From: Auanema rhodensis
Taxonomy: Eukaryota > Animalia > Nematoda
Length of the DNA: 64,000 nucleotides
Assembly (NCBI GenBank): GCA_964057225.1
Contig: OZ059898.1
Location: 8,866,001 to 8,930,000 of the forward strand
Reading direction: 5' to 3'
The translations under genes were made by a program, and so were the position numbers. Positions 1 through 11,200 of the stretch are shown here, in pieces; positions within the stretch are counted from its first letter, which is position 1, and each line of letters begins with the position of its first letter. The notes below the pieces were generated by a model. The model was not told the origin of the DNA, did no database searches, and saw only the letters and a program-made list of their open reading frames with translations.

Positions 1-3000
1 CAGCTTGACCTGTGCCGTCCGAGTAACATTGAAATCGTAGCGAAAAAGAATTATTTTATGGAAGTTGATATGCCACGACACGTTTACATAAACGAAACTG
101 TTTCTGTGAAAATTTCAGTTTCAGCTTTAAAGCCACAACGCGAAACTAAGGTAATATTAGATTGTTCAATAAGTTAATTCCAGCTCAGTACGCATACAAA
201 TATACACATATAAAGATATCATAAACAAGTAACAAAAAATGTTTTGAAAACGTACATATGTTACTAAATGTTGAGACATATTTCGCTTAAAACTTACTAG
301 ACCATTTAATATTCTAAAGAATTGCTGAAAAATAATTTGTTTTCATTAGCTTTCCGTATGTATGGCTGATTTGTCAAGAAAAGTATGTGCTGATTTGGGA
401 GCATTTGGTAGATATGGGGAACCTGTATACTCTAGGTATATACTCAATTAAATAAAATTCATCTTAAATAAATGTTTAGAGTGATTGTATCTCCTAGCAA
501 AATGACTGATAGTAAAACTTTCACAATGAGATTCTTAGTTACTGGTCCTACAACAGTTCTTTTCCATTTGAGAGAGTATGTTTTCCTGGTTTGAGAGTTA
601 TTTTCATGAAGAACCTTTAAGAGAAACATCATTTCCTGGAAAGCATCATTGTGATATTGGTCAAATTTATGATTCAGTGAAACTCGATATAAATATCGCT
701 GTAAGTATAATAATAATATGTGAATAATATAAATAATATTATTTATAGAAAAGAGCGGAAACAGAGGAACATTATAAGAGATTAATATTGAATGCTGACA
801 AACCTTTGAGTAATGTCGTGCTACTCAATGATGACCCAGATGATGTCAAACGATTTAAAGACTTATTCCGAACTATGCCTCATGCATATCCAGGATTTTC
901 AACAAATAAAGAAATAATAGGTATATTAGTTAAATATTAATTATAAAAATAATAAATTTATAACTTCAAGAAGTATTTGAACATCGTTCATCAGATGACG
1001 CTAATGCTGTTGTTACCGAGATTCATACAAATATTTTGGATACTGATGCTGTTTATAGTTTCACAGTCGATATATCCAGTATAATTAATTACAGGAATAA
1101 CTCTCAGAAAAATTATATTTCATTTTAGAATTTCTACCAAACACTATCATCTCTGACTCACTCAATCGAGTTAAAAGAGGAGTTCTAGACTATGGTAACG
1201 CATTCTTAACGGATATTATCAGAAAATTGTCAACTGAGTTATATCAATTTAAAAGACTTCGGACTCAAGGAAGTATTGATATAAGACAAATACAGACATC
1301 AGAAAACAAAATTGGATCATGTATGATTACCCTAAACATTATAATATATATTTCCATATATTATAGTGATATCTGATATGCTTCGATTTTCTGATTGTGG
1401 TCTCAATCAAACTTCTTGTGGTTTCTCAGAATTTGGACGTCCAAAAGATGAATCAAGCCGTTCTCCAATGTATATATTACAGTTTTCTGATTTGATGAGC
1501 AATAATTATTTTACAGATTATCATCATTAGCTGCTTCTCTATTTTGTGAAGCTTCTGCTGATGAAAAATTGGCTTGTGGAACTATTAAATACATTCAGAA
1601 TTTTATCATAAATGGTCTAAAAACTAGCGATGTAGATATATCGGATATGATTGATATTGTAAATCATTAAGTTCAAATTAATTAAACAAATTTAAAATTA
1701 TTACAGGATAGTCCAGTAGATCGTCAATGGCTTTTAAATGCTTTGTTCTTACAAGTTTCCAAAGATTGTGCTGCTTTACAATGCATTGTATGTCCATAAT
1801 ATTCTTAAAGTTTGAATTATTTTTATTTTCAGAAAAACGATTTAGCATGGTCTAAGCTCTATTTCAATTTTTATGATCTGGATGAAACTTGGAGGTGTTG
1901 ATTCGACATATTTGTACTGAACTAATTATATGATACTTAGATTTGATGATCGAACATTGGCCGCCTTAGCCTTTATGGGAACAAATTCGACAGCTGAAAT
2001 TATGAGAATTAAGATGATGGAAAATATTAAAAGTAGTTTATATTGGCTTATGATAGAAAACAATTTTTTATTATTTTCAGAAGATATGCTTCCATTCTGG
2101 ACAGCTGGTACATCTAACGTTAAAGAAACCAAAAATAGGCTAAGCTCATTTGATGATATTTCTCGTGCAAGACGTCTTAAAGTATTATTGATTATAAATA
2201 ATGTAAAATTACATTATTTTATATTTTAGAGTGGTGATGTACTTGTTAATGCTTTGGGTATATTATCATTCGTTGTTCCTGGAGCAGAAGGACAAAACCT
2301 AGACTGGGATCCCTTAGCAAACTGGTTGTACGAACAGCAAGAAGAAGATGGAACATTTGTTGGAGCATTGGTAAACTGTTTTCTCATAATAGTATAACTA
2401 TAAATTTGATTTTTAGGAATCGTTCTTTGCCTCACGTGCTTTATATGAATATCGGTATCGAAAAGTTGAAAACATGGTTGATAATAATTTACAAGTTACT
2501 TTGACATGTACCAAGTGTCCTACATATGTTATCAATGTAACAGATACTGCATCGGAAATATATGTAAGAATTCTACAATGCTTTTGTACAAAATCATATT
2601 TATTAAACTTCAGCTTCCAACACATATTCGAAACTTAACATTAACCACAAAAGGTCATGGTAAAGTGAAAGCTGGTGTAAGAATACTTGCTACAAAAAGA
2701 CAAAGGTAGATAAAGAATTGGACAAATAAAACAAATTCATATTTTAATTTTCAGATCAAGAAGAGGTTTAACACAAGAAGATTACTATCCAGTTCGTTTT
2801 AGTGTCGAACAAACTTCTATTGCTGATGGAATATTGAAACAAACTGTTTGCCTCAGGTAAAATACATAAATCTATGAAACTCAGAAAAGATATTTTTCAA
2901 TGAATTTAGAATTGGATCTATTAACATTCGTGAAATTGAGATTACACATGGTATATTCACAGGATATTCTTCTAAAGTTAGCAATATATACATCTTATCC

Positions 3001-4077
3001 GTAAGTATTTTTATTTATTTCATATGTATAGTGAACTATAACATTTTATTATTTTTAAAGAATTCATCAGACACTTCTATCGTGGGATTACCTACTATTT
3101 CTTCTTATGCTGCACATTTTGTGCTTCAAGGTATACCAATTTATATAATAAGTATGTCTACTTTTTATTATCAGGGTTGAAATTTAAAACTCCTGTATGC
3201 TATGAAATTGGAATTACTGAACCTGGATATCATCACGAACCTATAAATCTAGCTCCAGTAGCTATTCAAGCCAGACATCCAGTTAATGGTATAGTTGGAA
3301 TGGTACTTATTGCCCATCCTGACCAAGTTCCACGATTCCGAAGAAACAGTTTTCCTATTAAAATTGAAAGAAAATTAAAACGAGATCCGAGAGGAATTGT
3401 TGATGAGTCTATCGATACAGTTTGTTTCAAGGGAGGTAAAACAAGGTTAATCGTTTTTGTTCTCTTATTAAGATATATTATAGGAGCATGTGCTTGTGCT
3501 GAAACTAGTTGCTCTGTTCAATGTGGAATGTGCGCCAGAGATTCGGAAGAAGAGTTACATAATCTGATCAGCAAGAATGAAAATAATTTTGGTGATTTTT
3601 TTTCTCTCTGGCAGAAAACCGCTATATTCTTTATTTTATAGCTATTCTCGTTACTGTTATGGGATCTAGTCAGGCAAATAGTGGAGGTACTGCTTACACT
3701 AGAATTTTAGCCGATGTTCGAAACAAAAAAGGATATAGAAAACAAGCTGTATCTGGTTTGATCTACTGTGATAATGAACATTTAACTAATGTTTTCAGAT
3801 CAGTTAACTATATGGCTGAGAGAATGTAGTAATCGATGTTTGCCTGAAGAGGATGTACAAAACTCACAAAGTTATTTCTTAATCGGAGACGTGGATGGAC
3901 TCTCTGTAGATGCCGATGGACGGTAAAAACATATATAGTAGCAAATAATAATCAAAATTGATATTTTCCAGGCAACATTATATCCTCAGAGATTCAGATC
4001 GATTCGAAGAAGCCACGAAGGAGTGTGGAGATCTCGCTAAGTTCATGCTTTTAACAAGTATTGGAAGCCATTTCTGA
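1..4077 (+). CDS. Thioester-protein (A2M/complement C3-like) family gene, 5'-truncated, multi-exon; MG6/7-CUB-TED-MG8-anchor-C345C(NTR) architecture; thioester motif absent
   Basis: Hand-spliced GT-AG exons keep one open frame to TGA at 4075-4077. Motifs are collinear with C3/A2M: LCRPSNIEIVAKKELFYEVDMPRHVYINETVSV (C3 [33 protein letters not shown]); NWLYEQQEEDGTFVGALESFFASRALYEY (TED end); LTLTTKGHGKVKAGV (CUB); IEITHGIFTGY (MG8); IDTVCFKGGACACAETSC (C3 LNKLCRDELCRCAEENC); SYFLIG..HYIL..DRFEE..EC.DL (C345C). Confidence 0.85.
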
Positions 4078-4338
4078 AAATTGCCAATTCGTTTGTATTG
4101 TATTTCTAATTGTAAAATTAATTAATTAAACTTTTTCATGTTTCCGAAACTTCAAGATATAGAATATTTAAATTATATGTATGTATATAAATCTTATAGC
4201 TTTCTTTAAGTAATCAATAAAATGTTAGCTATATAACTAAAAATAATGTTAGCTTAAGGAAACACTTATCTTAAAATTAAAACAATGATTTTCTAACAGA
4301 AAACAATTCTAATAAACTTTATATCGTTTTGCAAAATC

Positions 4339-4729
4339 TGTACTTCAGTGGGTGGTATGGTATCGTCAACAATTATCAGTAGCAGAACTGAATTTGTCAT
4401 CATCAGTACTTCCTGGGAGGAATTGAACACTAGACCCTCCCACACAGTTGCGCAGGCAACCAAATTGCCACACGTCCACTTGAATGGATCGTATTAAAAG
4501 ATCATCATCTCGTATGAAGGACTTTTTGCCAATACGTTTTTGTTCTACCTTTGTGAGTAAAATAAGAGCAAGTGACGACAATTAGGAAAATGTGTACTAT
4601 TGGCGGAAAGTGATATTTCGCAGTTCAGGTCCTTTATTAAGGTTTCAATACACACCAGGTACTTATGATGACAATTTCAGTTCTGCTACTGATGTATATT
4701 GACGATACCATACCACCCACTGAGGTACA
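4339..4729. mobile_element. MITE-like non-autonomous DNA transposon with ~75-bp terminal inverted repeats
   Basis: Left arm tgtacttcagtgggtggtatggtatcgtcaa...atcagtagcagaactgaatttgtcatcat..gtac (4339-~4416) is the near-exact reverse complement of 4655-4729. There is a TA at both outer ends (4341-4342, 4726-4727). No transposase ORF inside. Confidence 0.8.
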
Positions 4730-5201
4730 TTTTTTTAAAAATTCTATTAAATTCTATATTATGTTAAATCATCAACACCTTTGAACTTTAAATTGCACAG
4801 TATAATAAACATATCTTGAAAAATATATATATATATATATATCTAAACAGCAAAGCATTTATTACAACTATATTAGATCACATCACTCGCATAGCCTATA
4901 TATATATATATAGTGGCTTCTCTTATCATAATTAGTATATAAATAATAGTAATAAAACAATTTAAGCTATGATGAATGAGACATTATAACAGAAAGGGTT
5001 GGGGTTTACAAAGCTTTCAATAGATGATAGAGGGTGAGCCGAGACATCAACCCTTACACGAAAAACATGGAGCAATGCTCCCGGAATGGGCAATGCCAGA
5101 AACCGAAAAAAAAACATATTATTTCTATCTGAGTTGGCTGCCGACACCAAATCAGAAGATAAAATATGTTAATTTAACGGCCATTGAGAATAAAATTAGA
5201 T

Positions 5202-8200
5202 TTAACTCTGGAAGAGTGCATGGACGAACTGTTCGTAGTCCAAACCACCCTGGATAGATCGTCCAGAAATAGCATCTGTGAAAGGCTTCATTCTCTTGAT
5301 ACAATACTCTGCCTGTTCCGTGGTGAGGTTCTGAAAAGGAGAAAAATGATGCTTTTATATAAAATAATTTAATAATAAAACATACGGCATAAAGCTCCTC
5401 GGCTGTGACGTATGGTCGGAACTCCTTTGAAAGAGCTCGGAAAGCCATCTCGATTTCTTCCGAAGATTGAATATTTTCGGTTTCCTTGCTGATCATGAAA
5501 GCCATATATTCTTGCAAGGTTACATAACCATCTCTGAAATTTTTTAAAGTTAGACGGACTAACCAAAATAATAATCTAATACCTGTTATGATCAACAATA
5601 TCAAGAATTCTTTGGAATTCAGGTTCGGGTTGTCCTTCATCAACCATAGGCAAATCATAACCGAGGGCTCGCAGACAGCTCTTGAACTGTTGATGATCAA
5701 GACGACCGGACTTCTCCTGAGCAAGTTGTTTGTTAAAATATATAGAAAAATCATCGAATACCTTATCGAAGTGTTTGAACATCATGGAGAATTCTCTGAG
5801 GGCTTCTTCGGTAACACCTGATTGGTTGCGGGCCTGGATCTGCTGCTCTAAGTTATGTTGCATTCTCATAGCTAACTGATCTAATTGATCCCAGGCTTGG
5901 GCTAATCCTACGGTGGAGTGTTCAGTGTACCTTAAGAAGAAACAATTATATAATAAAATTTTTTCTTAATAATACCTATTGTCAAGGATGAGATTTCTTT
6001 CAAGCATGGCTCCTTGTTCATCAATTCGCCTCAATTGGGATTTATTTTGCCTAATGTCTTGTGCGCGACGTTTCAAAACTTCTAATTGTTCTTCAAGGGA
6101 ACCGCTGGCTTCCATCATATCTTGGCGGGTAGTTGTGAGCCATTGATGGAAGTGGTTAGCGAGCTTAGCGAATTCTCTTCTTAGGCGATCGTTCTCTTCT
6201 TGTCGAGCATTTTCCTTTTGAAGTTCAACCTCACGTTCCTTGATGATTTTTTGCAAGTTACGCCAAGTGTCTTCGAGGGCATCCATGGTAAACCAGGTGT
6301 AAGGGTTTGGTCCAACGTTGAATGATTTGATCTGGCGGTCGAGAGCCTGGAGCTGTCTGAAGTCTTCTTCAGCAGAAGATAGGGATCGTTGGAATTCAGC
6401 GTGGGCTTCACGGAGAGCACGGATTTCTTCAATAGAATTGCATCTAACTGGGTCGGTAAGATCTTCCTCAGCATTCTCAAACCAAGAATTGAAGGTAGAT
6501 GCTTTCTTGGCAAATGCGAGGTACAGCTCCTGAAAATTATAATATGCATGTGTATTCAATGGTATAGCAAACCTCGATTTGTTTGTACTGTTCTTGCATT
6601 TTAAGTAATTTCTGCCTGCGTCCCTCAGAATTGGCAAGAAGATTCTGCCATCTAGTGATAACATTCGAATGGCGACCTTGAATGGCAGGAGCTTGGTGAT
6701 GTTTGCTATTAACAAGTTGATCCTTAAGTTCAGTAATTCTATAAAAAAAAAGTATGTGATAACATTCAGTTGGAATTTGAACCTTTGAATTCCTTCGTGT
6801 TCAAAAGCGTTGAGTCCAGCATCAAAAGCTTCTTGCTTAGTCAAAAGAATTTGAACAGAAGACAAGTCACGTCCGAAATCATCAGAGCGTACTTGTTGCT
6901 CTTTCTCAGCAATCCAACTTTCAACAACATCACACTTCCACATAAATTGGAGGTATGCAGAACTGTCACGAAGTTTCTTCAAACGATGAGTAGCCATAGT
7001 TTCGATGTCACGGAGACGATTAACCAGTTGTTCACATCTGGACTTGATGTGAGGAGCATGGTGATTGCCAGAATCAATGAGCTGAAAGCAAGTAAGAAAT
7101 ATTCAGAAAATAAAATATTTTAAATACCTTTTGGCCTTGCGTAATAAGATCAGCAACACGTTGTTGATGAAGCTGGAGATCAACTTCGAAAGTATCGTGT
7201 TTTTTCAGAAGTCCTTGAACAGCAGCCATATTGTCACCGAAATTGTCAGACCCGATAATTTGTTGTTTCTCGTTCATCCAAGCCTCCTCTTCTTCCACTT
7301 TTCCGAGGAATTCTTGGAAGTCTTCAGATTCATTGAGTTTCTGATGGCGATTTCCAGTAAGGTCACGAATTTGGCCCCAGCTTTTCTCCAACTCAGCCAT
7401 TCTTCTTTCGATCTCATCTTTTCCAATACCAGCAGCTTCAGCCGAGCGAATAAGCTCCTCTCCCTTTTGGCGAACCAAAGTAACTTGAGGTTCATGACTC
7501 GCCAATTCTGTATCAAGACGACGATGCTTACGACGAAGATTTTGGACTCCGGGAAGGTCGCGTCCGTAGTCATCAGAAGAAACCAAAAGTTTTTTCTCCT
7601 TAATCCAAGACTCTTCATCATCAATATCTCGGAAGAACTGGTGAACGTTGAGAGCTTTATGGAGCTTATCACGACGATCTTTTGCAGAATCCTTAACACG
7701 GTCGTAACGATCCATGATAGCCTTTCTTCGCTCAGCAATTTGAAGGCCTGCGAATTGGTCATTCTCTAGCAGAGAATCTGCTTGGTTGTTCATCTCAGCA
7801 ACACGATCCTGATGAGCCAAGATATCGGCTTCCAAGAGCTGATGCTTCTTCAATAGATTCTCGATTGAAGCAAGATCCTATAAGTATCAGATTAATTAAT
7901 GCTATTCAGCGTAAATTTCACCTTTCCGAAGTCTTCGGATTGAAGGAGAATTTCAACCTCTCCCAACCAGAACTCCAAATCCTTGACGGCAGCCATAAAG
8001 CTTTTCTGCTTATTTGCTTCCTTGAGGCTAGAAATAATAAACAATAAAGGAAATCAATTTCGTTAACCGATACCGATAACTTTTTTCGTTAGTAGTTTTC
8101 ACAAGAAGTTCCCATTGGTCGTTGAGAGCCTTCAGGCGAGCACTAACTGCTTCTTCGCCACCAGCACACTTAGCGCTATCGATAAGATTTTGTCCAGCTA

Positions 8201-11200
8201 AATTTAATAATTAGTTTCGAATTAAACGATATGTAACCTGTAATTATAGTAGCAATGCGATCAGCATTGGCTTGAAGCTCAGCTTGGAAGGCTTGTTGCT
8301 TTTGATGTTTTTGTTGGATATTGGTGGGATCACGGTAGTTCTCTTCCTGAGCAATCTGAAAACACATATAAGTAAAAAATTCAAATCTTATAGTGCTTAA
8401 CCTGGAACTTCTCGGCAATCCAGTTTTCAATTTCATCAGCATCGCGACTGAATTGTTGAAGAGTTTGGCTCTCACCAAGTTTACTACGCTTCTCAATAAG
8501 AGCAGACTTCAGACGCTCCCATCTATCAAGGATCTGATTGATCTTATTGTTGACAGCATTTTTGTCATAATGATCACGATTTATCAATTGATTAGCAAAT
8601 TGTTGAAGAGCTCCAATTTTTTCTTGTTGACTGTTGATTGCCTTATCGAAATCTTCGTGTTTCTTGATGAGAGATTCTACGTTGTCTCCGGTAGGATCTT
8701 CCTGGGCTAAGAATGCTTCACGAGCAGACATCCAAGTATCGGCTTGTTCACAATCACGATAGAACAATTGAAGTTCCAAGCATTCATCAAGTACATTACG
8801 TCGGGCAACCCAGGCGTCTTCGAGACCCTTACGAGCAGAGTTGACATCTCCCATACGTTTAGCAATGTCCTCACTAGCATAATGCTTATTCTTCAGAAGT
8901 TGATTTCCAAACTGCTCAAACGCAAGGAATGTAGCAGATCGTGAATCGATCTCAGTTCTATATTCTTGATGACGTTCCAAAAGAGCTTCAGCTCCAGTGA
9001 CGTCATTAGCTAACTCCTGACTACTGACTAATTGATTCATGGCAGCAATCCATTGTTGAAGGTCGCGGTAGTCTGATAAGAAGCGTTGGTAGTCGTAAGA
9101 ATCGAGCAATTTCTCTCTGCGGTTGTTAGCCTTTGCCGTAAGTCTGAATTTAATTAGTTGGAAAATTATGATAAATACAACTAAGGTCACCTATTCCATT
9201 GGTCATTCAATTCACGTTGAAGATCATATATCTGTTCAGCAGCTTCTGGATGAGTCAATCTAAGCTTGCTAGCCTTTTCATCCAATGATTTTATCTTATC
9301 TCCAAGAGCAGCCAAATCACGCTCAACTCCATCGTGCTTTCTCTGAAGAGCTTGAACCGAGCGGAGATCACGACCATAATCGTCAGAATCAAGAGCATCA
9401 TCTTTTTCTTGAATCCAATCACGGGTCTCATCAACATCACGGTGGAAGCGTTGAACCTCATGAGCAGAGCCAAGTTGTTGCTCGCGTTGCTCAGTCTGTT
9501 CCTCGAGAGCACGCCATCTAGAGAATATAACATGAAAACTTATTAAAGACCTTTAACTCTACCTGGCATTGAGATCTTCGATTTGCTGACGAATTCGAAC
9601 AGCCGTTTCAGTCTGACCAACCGAAGTAAGAGCAGTTGCTATAATAAAATATATAGGAAATGTATTATGCAAATATTATACCGATTTGATTCATTTCTTG
9701 CAAACGAACTTCATTTGCCTTCAAGTCACCCTTGAAATCATCGAATTTCTTTTGAAGAACTTCGACTTGCTCAAGATCAGTTCCAATTTCTTGTTGAGCA
9801 GCAACAGCTTCCTAAAAACAGAAATAGATTAAAACAGTACATAATCGTGATGTCTTTAACAAAGATATATCATCAAAATGAACACAATTAAGCTGAACTT
9901 GTCACAAAATTGTTCACATCTTCACTACTATCACAAAACTTTACAAAAAGAAAAAAGTTACCTGAGCCATAATGGTCTAAAATAATATTATCATAACATT
10001 TGAATATTTTTTGATTCCCCAGTATACCACTCAAAATAAATAAAAAACCAACCCTGCTCTTGATCCATTCAGCAAGATCATTAGCTTCACGAAGTAATTG
10101 ATAACCTTTACATGCTTCTTCGAGCTTTCTTTTACGAGCTTCACCCAGCATAATGAGTCTTTGATATTTATCTTCAATCTCATTTTGCTTGCCACCAATA
10201 GAGTTAACCTTAAGACACAAATATGATTCACAAATATGATCAAAAGAAATCTACCTGCTGTTGGCTATGTTGTTGAGCAGTTCCTGGTTCGATGCGTTTA
10301 ACGTAAGCTGCTGGTACAAATCCTTGACGATCATTAACTTCGACTTTCCACCAGTCCTTGTTGGAAGCATTAAGAAGAGTAAGAACATCTCCTTTTTTCA
10401 TTGAAACTTCACGAGGAGATTTCTCCAAGTAATCATATAATGCCAAGACACAGTCTCGACCAAGTTGTCCAACAGGTTGCTCTTGATACTTGCATTGGGC
10501 AGCTTGCTTGCGCAGGTCATCGATAGTTCCTCTGAAAGCTTCCAGATCTGACATCATGGCACGATGTTTCTTAAGGAGAGCTTCGGCAGAATCTTCATCT
10601 TTTCCATAATCAGAGGAACCAAGGATAGGCTCTTTCTCAGCCATCCAAGCTTCAGCTTCATTTGCATCAGCCAGATATTGATGAGCCTAAAATAATTGAG
10701 ACGTAACTTGAACTCATAACAAATTTAACACAGATCATTTAGGAATTATAAAAACATACTTGGAGAGAGTCATCCAATTCTGAACGCCTCTTATCAGCCT
10801 TTGTTTTCAGGATACGCCAGTTATCTCGCAGCTGAGCAAGCTTGTCACGAATTTCAGGAGCCAGGAAATGACCCTTAATATTTTAATAATAAATAATCAG
10901 TTTTAACTAAATATACCTGTTGAATCATATCCTCAGCAGCTTTGGTAACTGCATCAATCTGACTCTCATGATTAGCAATTTCAGCAATCAGAGCTTGTTG
11001 CTTCTTGATCAAATTTTGAACACCGATCAGATCACGTCCTCTATTAGTAGACGCAGCAATCTGCTCTTTTTCCCGAATCCAAGCAAGTTCATCCTCGATA
11101 TCGCGGAACAATTGATTTCCTTGAAGACTTTCGCCTAGCTTTTGTTTTCTCTTTTCAAGAGGACCTCGTACATTCTAAATCATACTCAACAATATAAGAA

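Noticed and set aside
7131-7769. 212-aa + strand ORF and other ORFs antisense to spc-1
   Set aside because: Shadow frames of a codon-biased long coding exon; no independent features.
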